This document shows, piece after piece, positions 11,336-21,447 of a DNA stretch of 64,000 bases (the first letter of the stretch is position 1; every line of letters begins with the position of its first letter). The stretch comes from Muribaculaceae bacterium (GTDB lineage: Bacteria > Bacteroidota > Bacteroidia > Bacteroidales > Muribaculaceae). Both the position numbers and the translations under genes were made by a program. The notes below the pieces were generated by a model, which saw only the letters and a list, made by a program, of their open reading frames with translations, did no database searches and was not told the DNA's origin. The stretch is from contig JAGBWK010000005.1 in the NCBI GenBank assembly GCA_017629835.1, positions 9,384 through 73,383 on the forward strand. The letters are read 5' to 3'.

Positions 11336-13546
11336 ATGAAAAGAATTGACAGAGAAATAGTGCAGAAGGTGCTCGACGCGGCAAATATTGTCGAAGTCGT
11401 GTCCGATTTCGTGTCGCTCAAACGACGCGGAGTTAACTATACCGGTCTCTGTCCGTTCCACAACGAGCGAACACCCTCATTTTCCGTATCCCCAGCTCGT
11501 GGCATTTGCAAATGCTTCAGCTGCGGCAAAGGGGGCTCAGCTGTGAACTTCATCATGGAGCACGAACAGTTGAACTTCAATGAGGCCATTCGCTATTTAG
11601 CAAAGAAATACAATATCGAGATTAAAGAGCATGAAATGAGCGACGAGGAGCGTCAACGCGAATCGGCTCGCGAGAACATGTTCGCAGTCAACGAATTTGC
11701 GCTCAAGCAATTTGAGCAAAATCTACTCGAAACATCCGACGGTCGCGATATTGGCTACGCTTATTTCCGTGAGCGTGGCATCTCCGATAGCGCAATCGCG
11801 CGATTCCACCTCGGCTACTCGCTCGAAAAGGGCAATGCACTCTACGACGCTGCCACCAAAGCAGGATACTCTGAGCAAGCACTAATCGAAACTGGTCTTA
11901 GCGTAAAGCGCGAAGACGGCTCTATCTACGACCGATTCAAGGGGCGTGTGATGTACCCCGTACACACCATTTCGGGCAAAGTAGTAGCATTCGGTGGGCG
12001 CACACTCCGCAACGACAAAAAGATAGCAAAATACGTCAACTCGCCCGAATCAACAATCTACACCAAAAGCCGCGAGCTCTATGGCCTTTATCAAGCCAAA
12101 AAGTCGATTGTTGAGAAAAACAAATGTATTCTTGTCGAGGGTTATATGGACGTAATCTCGATGAGCCAACTCGGCATCCAAAACGTTGTAGCTTCGTCAG
12201 GCACATCGCTAACCGAGGGGCAAATCCGACTCATCCACCGATTCACATCCGACGTCACCGTAATCTACGACAGCGACCCTGCAGGCATCAAAGCCTCACT
12301 GCGAGGCATCGATATGCTGCTCGCCGAAGGGCTCAACATCAAAGTTGTGTTGCTGCCAGAAGGGGAGGACCCCGACTCATTCGCCCAGTCACATTCGTTG
12401 TCGGAAGTTGAGGAATATCTCGCACAAAACGAAACCGACTTTATCCGTTTCAAAACCGACATCCTGCTCAAAGGTGTAGAAAACGACCCAATACGTCGCT
12501 CTCAAGTCATCGGAGAAATCGTTCGGTCAATATCCGTGATACCCGACGACATCACACGCACAATCTACGTTCAAGAATGTGCGCGCCGACTTGAAATCAA
12601 CGAGAAAGTAATCCTCTCACAGATTAAAAAAATCATTACCGAGCGACGCGAAAAGGAAGCCGAAAAGCAGCGCCAAGACAAGGCTCGCAATTCTATTGCT
12701 ACGCTCGACGATACCACACCGTCGGAAAGCGCCGACCAACCAGAAGCAATCAATCCCGCCGATACGTACGCGACAAAACCTGTCGTCACACCTCACTACT
12801 CTAAATCAGCTAAACTCACAAAAGCAGAAGAGGAGCTAATCACACTCATCGTAAAATTTGGGCTAATCGACCTGCCAATGTCCGATGAAAACGAAAATGT
12901 GTTCAACATCAAAGTAATCGACTACGTTAACCAAGAACTGCAGTTCGACAAAATCACATTCTCCGTTGAAAGCTATAGCAAAATCCTAACCGAAGCTCTG
13001 AAAATCGCAGCCGAAGTATGGCCTGCTGAAATACCACACTGCGAACAGCTCGCCCAAGAAGAGCGCACCCGACTATGGAATAAAGGCACCGAAAAGATTC
13101 AACAAACAGCCGCCAACTCCGAGGAAATTAAGGCTCGTGAGCGCCAACTCGTCGAGGAAATCGACATAGCCTATCAGCAACAAATCGACCAATACACCGA
13201 AATATTTATGTCGCGAATGTTAATGTCATCGCCCGACGACGACATCCGCACAGTGTCGACACGCATAGCCACACCCAAACACCAACTCAGCAAAATCCAC
13301 TCCAAATTCGGCAAAATTGAAGACGAGCGCGAACGCCTCTTCGACCTACTCCCACGCGCCATATATGGGCTCAAAGACGCCTTAGCCGAATGTGAGATTA
13401 ACGAAATCAAAGAATCTCTGAAGCGCCCCAATGTAAAAGCCGATGCTGCTGCAGTCAATGCAGCCCTAATGCGTATGAACGAACTCATATCGCTGCGCAA
13501 AGAATACGCCTCCTTCCTCGGCGAGCGCGTCATCCTCCCCAAATAA
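11336..13546 (+). CDS. dnaG: DNA primase
   Basis: CHC2 zinc finger CPFH..CFSC, KYVNSPES, TOPRIM EGYMDV and YDSDPAG, DPD motif. Confidence 0.98.
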   Translation: MKRIDREIVQKVLDAANIVEVVSDFVSLKRRGVNYTGLCPFHNERTPSFSVSPARGICKCFSCGKGGSAVNFIMEHEQLNFNEAIRYLAKKYNIEIKEHEMSDEERQRESARENMFAVNEFALKQFEQNLLETSDGRDIGYAYFRERGISDSAIARFHLGYSLEKGNALYDAATKAGYSEQALIETGLSVKREDGSIYDRFKGRVMYPVHTISGKVVAFGGRTLRNDKKIAKYVNSPESTIYTKSRELYGLYQAKKSIVEKNKCILVEGYMDVISMSQLGIQNVVASSGTSLTEGQIRLIHRFTSDVTVIYDSDPAGIKASLRGIDMLLAEGLNIKVVLLPEGEDPDSFAQSHSLSEVEEYLAQNETDFIRFKTDILLKGVENDPIRRSQVIGEIVRSISVIPDDITRTIYVQECARRLEINEKVILSQIKKIITERREKEAEKQRQDKARNSIATLDDTTPSESADQPEAINPADTYATKPVVTPHYSKSAKLTKAEEELITLIVKFGLIDLPMSDENENVFNIKVIDYVNQELQFDKITFSVESYSKILTEALKIAAEVWPAEIPHCEQLAQEERTRLWNKGTEKIQQTAANSEEIKARERQLVEEIDIAYQQQIDQYTEIFMSRMLMSSPDDDIRTVSTRIATPKHQLSKIHSKFGKIEDERERLFDLLPRAIYGLKDALAECEINEIKESLKRPNVKADAAAVNAALMRMNELISLRKEYASFLGERVILPK

Positions 13547-13788
13547 CCCTCGCCCCACCACAATCGCAGAATATATTCGCGCCTAAGCCTCAAAGTTATT
13601 TAACTATTGATAAAGAACTTAAAAAGAGCCTCTACTGCGAGCGAGCAACCGAGTTTACCTCCGCCAACGGTGGCAAACCATGGCGTTATATAATGCTCCG
13701 TCACGACCATGTCACTCGCACGAGTTCATTTAATTTTCTCATTCAACACATCTATATTCCATAAATCTACACTGATTATAATTACAGC

Positions 13789-13827
13789 AATAGCCTCGTA
13801 GCAAAACTGCTTAGGGGCTTTTGTTTA
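13789..13827 (+). terminator. Possible intrinsic terminator between dnaG and the mutase genes
   Basis: Imperfect hairpin AGCCTCGTAGCA-AAAC-TGCTTAGGGGCT followed by TTTGTTT. Confidence 0.45.
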
Positions 13828-14056
13828 TCATATCCTTTATACAGTTATTTATGAATTCGCTCGGATTCGCGATTTAGATGTATTCAAGGGTGAGAATTAG
13901 TTTGGTTATCTCCATAATTTTATGTAAATTTGTGCGGTTAAAAAAATGGATTTTGTTTAACCAACGATTTAATACCTAATAGTCTGCAAATCTAACCGTT
14001 TGGTGGATTTCAGGCTGCTTGTAAAGCATTTTTATATTTCATTCAATAACCCTACC

Positions 14057-15907
14057 ATGGCAGAAAAAAAAGAAAAACTTTTCGACCAATTCCCTCCAAT
14101 CTCAACTGAAGAGTGGAGAGCGAAAGTCGACGCCGACCTTAAAGGCGTTCCTTTTGAAAAGAAACTGGTGTGGCGCACTAACGAAGGCTTCAACGTCAAT
14201 CCGATGTACAGAGCTGAAGATATCGCCGACCTTAAAACAACTGATTCTCTTCCCGGAGAATATCCCTTCGTAAGAGGTACTCGCAATGACAACAATTGGC
14301 TTACTCGCCAAGAAATCATTGCCGACTCAATGGAAGAAGCTAATGCTAAAGCTATCGATGCTATTGCAAAAGGTGTCAACTCTATCTACTGCAAGATTCC
14401 TGCAGAACAAGTTGGCGTTGCAGCTATCGAAACTTTGCTCAAAGGCATCGACCTCGCAGCTGTAGAAGTTAACCTCGGCACTTGCCAACGCCACACTCTC
14501 GAGCTTGGCAAAGCGCTCGTGGCTTACATCAACGCTGTTGGCGCTGCTGAAACTTTCCACGGCTCTATCAACTACAACCCCGTTCGCCGCGCATTGCGTC
14601 ACGGTGGCGAAATCCTCGCCGACGCAGTTGAGGTAGCAAAAGAACTCATCGCTATGGCTGCTCCCGTCAAGGGATTGCGCGTAGTGAGCGTTGACTCTGT
14701 GATGTTCAACAATGCTGGTGCTTACATCTATCAAGAACTCGGCTACGCTCTCGCTTGGGGCGCTCAATGGATGACAGCTCTTACTGAGGCTGGCGTTGAC
14801 GCTGACGCAGCTGCTAAGGCTATCAAATTCAATATGGGTATCAGCTCAAACTACTTCCTTGAGCTCGCTAAATTCCGCGCTGCCCGTATGCTTTGGGCTC
14901 AGATTGTGAAACAGTACGCTCCCAAATGCGACTGCTCTTGCAAAATGGTATGCCACGCCGAAACATCGAAATTTAACCAAACTATCTTTGACGCTCACGT
15001 CAACCTCCTCCGCAGCCAGACTGAAGCAATGTCGGCAGCTCTTGCAGGTGTTGACTCAATCACTGTAGTTCCTTTCGATGCTCCTTATCAAACTCCCGAT
15101 GCATTCTCTGAACGCATTGCTCGCAATCAGCAGTTCCTCCTCAAAGAGGAAAGCCACCTCGACAAGGTGGTAGACCCCGCAGGTGGTTCTTACTACGTAG
15201 AAACTCTCACAGCGTCTATCGCTGAACAGGCTTGGAAACTCTTCCTCGAAGTTCAGGACGCTGAAGGCTTCTTCAAAGCTGTTGCCAACGGTGCTGTTCA
15301 AAAAGCTGTGAACGAATCATCTGAAAAACGTCACTCTGATATGGCTCGCCGTAAAGAAATTCTTCTCGGCACTAACCAATATCCCAACTTCAACGAAATG
15401 GCAGCCGACAAAATCAAAAAATGCGGTTGCAAATGCGGTTGCAATGAAAGCGCTGGCGAAGGTGTTGGCCTCTCAGCAAAACGTCAAGCAAGCGATTTCG
15501 AAGACCTTCGTCTTGCTACCGAACGCGCAGCTAACCGTCCTAAAGTGTTCATGCTGACTATTGGCAACCTCGCAATGCGCTTGGCTCGTGCTCAATTTTC
15601 AAGCAACTTCTTCGGATGCGCTGGCTACGAAATTATCGACAATATTGGCTTCGACACAGTAGCCGACGGCGTTAAAGCTGCATTCGACAAGCAAGCTGAC
15701 GTAGTAGTGCTCTGCTCAAGCGACGATGAATATGCTGAACTCGCACCCGAAGCATTCAAACTCATCGACGGCAAAGCTAAGTTCGTAGTTGCAGGTGCTC
15801 CCGCTTGCATGGAAGACCTCCAGAAGCTCGGCATCAGCGAATTCATCCACGTACGCAGCAACGTCCTCGAAACTCTTCAAAAATTCAACTCAGAACTCTT
15901 AAAATAA
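14057..15907 (+). CDS. mutA: Methylmalonyl-CoA mutase small subunit
   Basis: MAEKKEKLFDQFPP start (ATG 14057 preferred over 14000), PGEYPFVRG, DPAGGSYYVE, LCSSDDEY. Confidence 0.93.
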   Translation: MAEKKEKLFDQFPPISTEEWRAKVDADLKGVPFEKKLVWRTNEGFNVNPMYRAEDIADLKTTDSLPGEYPFVRGTRNDNNWLTRQEIIADSMEEANAKAIDAIAKGVNSIYCKIPAEQVGVAAIETLLKGIDLAAVEVNLGTCQRHTLELGKALVAYINAVGAAETFHGSINYNPVRRALRHGGEILADAVEVAKELIAMAAPVKGLRVVSVDSVMFNNAGAYIYQELGYALAWGAQWMTALTEAGVDADAAAKAIKFNMGISSNYFLELAKFRAARMLWAQIVKQYAPKCDCSCKMVCHAETSKFNQTIFDAHVNLLRSQTEAMSAALAGVDSITVVPFDAPYQTPDAFSERIARNQQFLLKEESHLDKVVDPAGGSYYVETLTASIAEQAWKLFLEVQDAEGFFKAVANGAVQKAVNESSEKRHSDMARRKEILLGTNQYPNFNEMAADKIKKCGCKCGCNESAGEGVGLSAKRQASDFEDLRLATERAANRPKVFMLTIGNLAMRLARAQFSSNFFGCAGYEIIDNIGFDTVADGVKAAFDKQADVVVLCSSDDEYAELAPEAFKLIDGKAKFVVAGAPACMEDLQKLGISEFIHVRSNVLETLQKFNSELLK

Positions 15908-15913
15908 GCATCG

Positions 15914-18052
15914 ATGACACCTAATTTCAAAAATATCAACATATTAGCCGATGCTTTCACAGCTAAGGCTGCTCCCGAATTTAAGGGTGAAGAATGGCTG
16001 ACACCGGAGCTCATCCCCGTTAAGCCTGTCTATACTAAAGAAGACCTCGAAGGAATGGAACACCTCAACTACGTTGCTGGTATCCCCCCATATCTTCGTG
16101 GCCCATATAGCGGTATGTATGCTATGCGTCCTTGGACTATCCGCCAATACGCCGGCTTCTCAACTGCTGCTGAATCAAACGCTTTCTATCGCCGCAACCT
16201 CGCATCAGGTCAGAAAGGCCTCTCTGTAGCATTCGACTTGGCTACACACCGCGGTTACGACGCTGACCACGCTCGCGTAGTAGGCGACGTAGGTAAAGCA
16301 GGTGTATCAATCTGCTCACTCGAAGATATGAAAGTGCTCTTCGACGGTATTCCATTGAACAAGATGTCTGTGTCAATGACTATGAATGGGGCAGTGCTTC
16401 CAGTACTCGCATTCTACATCAATGCAGGTCTTGAACAGGGTGCTAAGCTCGAAGAAATGGCTGGTACAATCCAGAACGACATCCTCAAAGAATTTATGGT
16501 GCGTAACACTTACATCTACCCACCAGAATTCTCAATGCGAATTATCGCCGACATCTTCGAATACACTTCGCAGAACATGCCTAAATTCAACTCAATCTCA
16601 ATCTCTGGCTACCACATGCAGGAAGCTGGTGCAACTTGCGACATTGAGTTGGCTTACACACTCGCCGACGGTCTTGAATACCTCCGCGCTGGTGTTAACG
16701 CTGGTATGGACATCGACGCATTCGCTCCACGCCTTTCATTCTTCTGGGCTATCGGCATGAACTTCTTCATGGAAATAGCTAAAATGCGTGCTGCTCGTAT
16801 GCTTTGGGCTAAGATTGTTAAACAATTCAATCCTAAAAACCCCAAATCACTCGCACTGCGTACTCACTCACAGACATCAGGCTGGTCGCTCACAGAGCAA
16901 GACCCATTCAACAACGTTGGCCGTACATGTATCGAAGCTATGGGTGCTGCACTCGGACACACTCAGAGCCTCCACACCAACGCTCTCGACGAAGCTATCG
17001 CTCTGCCAACCGATTTCTCTGCACGTATCGCACGCAACACTCAGATTTACATCCAGGAAGAAACCTACGTTACAAAAGAAATCGACCCATGGGCTGGTTC
17101 TTACTACGTAGAGTCTCTCACCAACGAAATCGCTCACCGCGCTTGGGAACACATTCAAGAAATTGAAAAACTCGGCGGTATGGCTAAGGCTATCGAAACT
17201 GGTCTTCCCAAACTCCGTATCGAAGAAGCTGCAGCTCGCACTCAGGCTCGTATCGACTCTGGCAATCAAACAATCGTTGGTATCAACAAATATCGTCTCG
17301 AACACGAAGATCCTATCGACATCCTCGAAATTGACAACACTGAAGTGCGTAAAGAACAGATTGTACGCCTCAACGAAGTCAAAGAAGCTCGCGACGAAGC
17401 TGCCGTTAAGAAAGCACTCGAAGCTATCACAGAATGTGTACGCACAAAAGAGGGCAACCTCCTCGACCTCGCTGTAAAAGCAGCTGGTCTGCGTGCAACA
17501 CTCGGCGAAATTTCCGACGCTTGCGAAGATGTCGTAGGCCGTTATAAAGCTATAATTAGAACTATTTCAGGCGTGTACTCAAACGAAACCAAATCAGACC
17601 CCGACTTCATCAAAGCACAACAATTGTGCGAAGAATTTGCTAAACGCGAAGGTCGTCAACCTCGTATCATGATTGCCAAAATGGGTCAGGATGGTCACGA
17701 CCGTGGTGCTAAAGTTGTTGCTACAGGTTATGCCGACTGCGGATTCGACGTGGATATGGGACCATTGTTCCAAACTCCAGCCGAAGCTGCTCGTCAAGCT
17801 GTTGAAAACGACGTTCACATTCTCGGCGTTTCTTCACTTGCTGCAGGTCACAAAACTCTTGTGCCTCAAGTGATTGAAGAGCTCAAGAAACTTGGTCGCG
17901 AAGACATCATGGTTATCGCTGGAGGTGTAATCCCTGCTCAGGACTACGACTTCCTCTACAAAGCAGGCGTTGCAGCAATCTTCGGCCCTGGCACTCGTAT
18001 TCCAGACGCAGCAATCAAGATGATTGAAATCTTGAACGACGCTGCTGAATAA
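15914..18052 (+). CDS. scpA: Methylmalonyl-CoA mutase large (B12-binding) subunit
   Basis: [22 protein letters not shown]12-binding MGQDGHDRG. Confidence 0.97.
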   Translation: MTPNFKNINILADAFTAKAAPEFKGEEWLTPELIPVKPVYTKEDLEGMEHLNYVAGIPPYLRGPYSGMYAMRPWTIRQYAGFSTAAESNAFYRRNLASGQKGLSVAFDLATHRGYDADHARVVGDVGKAGVSICSLEDMKVLFDGIPLNKMSVSMTMNGAVLPVLAFYINAGLEQGAKLEEMAGTIQNDILKEFMVRNTYIYPPEFSMRIIADIFEYTSQNMPKFNSISISGYHMQEAGATCDIELAYTLADGLEYLRAGVNAGMDIDAFAPRLSFFWAIGMNFFMEIAKMRAARMLWAKIVKQFNPKNPKSLALRTHSQTSGWSLTEQDPFNNVGRTCIEAMGAALGHTQSLHTNALDEAIALPTDFSARIARNTQIYIQEETYVTKEIDPWAGSYYVESLTNEIAHRAWEHIQEIEKLGGMAKAIETGLPKLRIEEAAARTQARIDSGNQTIVGINKYRLEHEDPIDILEIDNTEVRKEQIVRLNEVKEARDEAAVKKALEAITECVRTKEGNLLDLAVKAAGLRATLGEISDACEDVVGRYKAIIRTISGVYSNETKSDPDFIKAQQLCEEFAKREGRQPRIMIAKMGQDGHDRGAKVVATGYADCGFDVDMGPLFQTPAEAARQAVENDVHILGVSSLAAGHKTLVPQVIEELKKLGREDIMVIAGGVIPAQDYDFLYKAGVAAIFGPGTRIPDAAIKMIEILNDAAE

Positions 18053-18112
18053 TCATTTACGTCAAACGAATCCTGCGGCTCAATAGAGCAAAACGGATTA
18101 TCTATCAAATAG

Positions 18113-18153
18113 TTAGTAGGGTACACCTCAGTAGCGTACCCTACTAATTTTTT
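18113..18153 (+). terminator. Intrinsic terminator of mutase operon
   Basis: Perfect 12-bp stem TTAGTAGGGTAC / GTACCCTACTAA followed by T6. Confidence 0.85.
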
Positions 18154-18250
18154 ATTGCCACAGCCTCAAATAGCGAATAGGCCTAATGGCCCAACAAGTG
18201 ATAAAATCTCAAGATAAAGTTGCGAATTTATAAAAATCATAGGCATAAAT

Positions 18251-18282
18251 CTTGCGTATTATTAAATTTATAACTATCTTTG
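18251..18282 (+). promoter_or_regulatory. Promoter of arginine operon
   Basis: TATCTTTG at 18275-18282 (TAnnTTTG) with CTTG about 20 nt upstream. Confidence 0.6.
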
Positions 18283-18327
18283 CGTTCAAGATAGCATTTA
18301 TCACTTATCAATTTCAAAGGTAGAGAA

Positions 18328-18375
18328 ATGGTGTTCCAAAAATTATCCACATTTTCAAAGAAAGTCCGACGATGA
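18328..18375 (+). CDS. Putative arg operon leader peptide MVFQKLSTFSKKVRR
   Basis: ATG 18328, 15 codons, ends CGA CGA TGA; between promoter and first arg gene; overlaps hairpins. Confidence 0.6.
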   Translation: MVFQKLSTFSKKVRR

Positions 18376-18586
18376 TTGTCGGATAAGGGACTTTTATACC
18401 ATTACCTACGAGCCTTATTCTACGGAACACGTTTCCGTAATTTTCCCCCTTACATTCCGACCCCCACAAGTTTTTAACCCGCCGCTATTAATATATATAT
18501 ATGACTGCGACTGGAGTGATTCTATTATACAACGTAAAGGCTCAAACTCAATAATTTATAGTCTACAATTCAAGCAATTAGAATTA

Positions 18587-19219
18587 ATGGATGCAAACAA
18601 CATAACAGTTTCATTCGCAACAGCCGAACACGTAAAACACGCTGAGCGCGTTTGCCAACTCATCTACGAGTCAGCTCTCCAGCGTGGCACTGGCATAGCC
18701 CGACGTTCACCTGAATACATTTCAGCAAAAATGACAGGCGGAAAGTCAGTCGTTGCAATGGACGGTGACAAACTCGTCGGTTTCAGCTACATTGAGTGTT
18801 GGGAACATGGCGACTTTGTAGCCACATCTGGATTGATTGTCGACCCAGATTACCGCAATCTTGGACTCGCAAGCAAAATCAAGGAAAAAACGTTCCAACT
18901 CGCACGCCTCCGCTTCCCTTATGCGAAAATATTCAGCATTACTACATCACTGCCTGTAATGAAACTGAATACTCGAATGGGATACAAACCAGTAACATTC
19001 TCAGAATTAACTACTGATGAGGAATTTTGGCGTGGGTGCGAAGGTTGCGTCAACTTCGACATACTACAGCGCAACAATCGCAGACTTTGCATCTGCACTG
19101 GTATGTTGTTCGATCCTGGCACACAGCCAGTTGATGATGCTCAAGAACAGCAGCAACAGGTCAACAAAATGGCCGAGTCGGTCAAACACCGTATCGCTCG
19201 ACTCCTTCACATTAAATAA
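18587..19219 (+). CDS. GNAT N-acyltransferase, probable ArgA-type N-acylglutamate synthase
   Basis: RGTGIARRSPEY, SGLIVDPDYRNLGLA, FWRGCEGC; first gene of arg cluster as in Bacteroides. Confidence 0.8.
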   Translation: MDANNITVSFATAEHVKHAERVCQLIYESALQRGTGIARRSPEYISAKMTGGKSVVAMDGDKLVGFSYIECWEHGDFVATSGLIVDPDYRNLGLASKIKEKTFQLARLRFPYAKIFSITTSLPVMKLNTRMGYKPVTFSELTTDEEFWRGCEGCVNFDILQRNNRRLCICTGMLFDPGTQPVDDAQEQQQQVNKMAESVKHRIARLLHIK

Positions 19220-19257
19220 TTCACAATAATTGCTAACTATAACAACTGCATATAATA

Positions 19258-20463
19258 ATGGAAAATAAAAAGAAAGTAGTACTCGCTTTCAGTGGCGGTC
19301 TCGACACATCATTCTGCGTAAAATACCTCTCCGAAGAGCTCGGCTACGAGGTCCACACTGCTATCGCCAATACTGGTGGATTCTCAGCTGAAGAACTCAG
19401 CGTAATTCAAGATAAAGCGTATCGACTCGGAGCAAAAACTCATGCTACGCTCGACATCACTAACGAATACTACGAACGAAGCATTCGCTATATGATTGCT
19501 GGAAACGTGCTACGCAATGGCACATACCCCGCAAGCGTATCATCAGAACGCATTTTCCAAGCAATAGCCACAATCAACTATGCTAAAAGCATTGGTGCAG
19601 ACGCTATAGCACATGGCTCAACTGGCGCAGGTAACGACCAAGTTCGCTTCGACCTTACTTTTCAAATCCTTGCTCCCGAGATTGAGATTATCACTCCCAC
19701 TCGCGATATGACCCTCACTCGCGAATATGAAATAAACTACCTCAAAGAGCATGGCTATGAAGCTGATTTCAAGAAATTGGAATATTCTATCAACAAAGGT
19801 CTTTGGGGAACAAGTATCGGCGGAAAAGAAACGCTCAAATCGGAGCAAACATTGCCAGATAGCGCATATCCCTCTCCAATTGTAGCCACAGAGGATGAAA
19901 CACTTAAACTCACCTTCGATAAAGGTGAAGTTGTAGCTGTCAATGGTATAAAATTCGACGACAAAGTAGAAGCAATTCGCAAAATCGAAGAGATTGGCTC
20001 TCGATTTGGAATCGGTCGCGATATGCACATCGGCGACACAATCATCGGTATTAAAGGACGTGTAGGCTTCGAAGCTGCAGCGCCAATCCTCATCATCAAC
20101 GCTCACAAAATGCTCGAAAAGCATACACTTACCAAGTGGCAACTCTACTGGAAAGACCAAATTGGCACATGGTATGGTATGTTCCTACACGAAAGCCAAT
20201 ATCTTGAGCCAGTGATGCGCGATATGGAAAAATTCCTCGAAAGCTCACAGCAGAATGTCAGCGGTACAGTAGAAATTCGCCTACATCCACGCTGCTACAC
20301 TCTCGTAGGTGTCGATTCTCCATTCGACCTGATGAAAACCGACTTTGGCGAATATGGCGAAGTCAACAAGGCATGGTCAGCCGACGATGTAAAAGGATTT
20401 ACCAAAATCTTGGCAAATCAAATGAAGATTTATCACAACGTTCAAAACCGCAATTCAAAATGA
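19258..20463 (+). CDS. argG: Argininosuccinate synthase
   Basis: VVLAFSGGLDTS, HGSTGAGNDQVRF. Confidence 0.97.
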   Translation: MENKKKVVLAFSGGLDTSFCVKYLSEELGYEVHTAIANTGGFSAEELSVIQDKAYRLGAKTHATLDITNEYYERSIRYMIAGNVLRNGTYPASVSSERIFQAIATINYAKSIGADAIAHGSTGAGNDQVRFDLTFQILAPEIEIITPTRDMTLTREYEINYLKEHGYEADFKKLEYSINKGLWGTSIGGKETLKSEQTLPDSAYPSPIVATEDETLKLTFDKGEVVAVNGIKFDDKVEAIRKIEEIGSRFGIGRDMHIGDTIIGIKGRVGFEAAAPILIINAHKMLEKHTLTKWQLYWKDQIGTWYGMFLHESQYLEPVMRDMEKFLESSQQNVSGTVEIRLHPRCYTLVGVDSPFDLMKTDFGEYGEVNKAWSADDVKGFTKILANQMKIYHNVQNRNSK

Positions 20464-21422
20464 TAAAAGTAGGCATAATCGGAGGCGCAGGCTACACAGC
20501 TGGCGAACTTTTGCGTTTGCTTCTTAATCACCCTGAGGTTGAGCTGTCATTCGTTCATTCATCGAGCAATGCAGGCAAGCCATTGTATAGCGTACACGAA
20601 GGATTGATAGGGGAAACAGAATTGCTATTTTCTGAAACATTCGATTTAAACTCAATCGATGCAATTTTCCTCTGCTCTGGTCATGGATTCAGCCATACAT
20701 TTTGGCAAGAAAATGAGCGTCCCGAAAATCTGAAAGTCATCGACCTGTCACAAGACTTCCGCGACGAATCTGAAGGCTACGTTTATGGTCTTCCCGAGAT
20801 AAACTTCGACCGCATCGCAAAGGCTAACCTTGTAGCCAACCCTGGCTGCTTTGCAACTGCAATCCAACTGTCGCTCATCCCACTTGCAGCTGCAGGTCTT
20901 ATCAATAGCGACGTGAATATCACAGCTATTACTGGCTCAACTGGCGCTGGCGTAAAACCTGGAGCAACAACGCATTTCAGTTGGCGCGACAACAATATAT
21001 CGGTTTACAAAGCATTCAACCACCAACACATGGCTGAGATTATGCAGACACTCAACTCGCATCAGCCCAATCTCAATTCCGATGTAGCATTTCTCCCTGT
21101 CAGAGGCGATTTCCCAAGAGGGATTTTTGCTATGAGTTGGATTCGTACAGATATTGACATTGAGCGCGCACGCCAAATATATGCTGACTTCTACGCTGAT
21201 GCGGCATTTACTCACGTTGCACAAGGAGCAATCGACCTCAAGCAAGCTGTAAATACCAACAAAGCTATAATCGGGCTCGAAAAGCAAGGTGACAAACTTC
21301 TCATCACTTGCGCAATCGACAACCTGCTGAAAGGGGCTTCAGGTCAAGCCGTGCAAAACATGAACATCATGTTCGGATTAGACCAAAGAACAGGGCTCGC
21401 GCTTAAAGCATCAGCATTCTAA
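20460..21422 (+). CDS. argC: N-acyl-gamma-glutamyl-phosphate reductase
   Basis: MIKVGIIGGAGYTAGEL, ANPGCFATA, DNLLKGASGQAVQNMN; ATGA overlap with argG stop. Confidence 0.96.
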   Translation: MIKVGIIGGAGYTAGELLRLLLNHPEVELSFVHSSSNAGKPLYSVHEGLIGETELLFSETFDLNSIDAIFLCSGHGFSHTFWQENERPENLKVIDLSQDFRDESEGYVYGLPEINFDRIAKANLVANPGCFATAIQLSLIPLAAAGLINSDVNITAITGSTGAGVKPGATTHFSWRDNNISVYKAFNHQHMAEIMQTLNSHQPNLNSDVAFLPVRGDFPRGIFAMSWIRTDIDIERARQIYADFYADAAFTHVAQGAIDLKQAVNTNKAIIGLEKQGDKLLITCAIDNLLKGASGQAVQNMNIMFGLDQRTGLALKASAF

Positions 21423-21447
21423 TAAAACAACCTCGATAGTATCAACA

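Noticed and set aside
13550-14056. Cobalamin riboswitch upstream of the B12-dependent mutase
   Set aside because: No B12-box or GGGAA core motifs on the + strand
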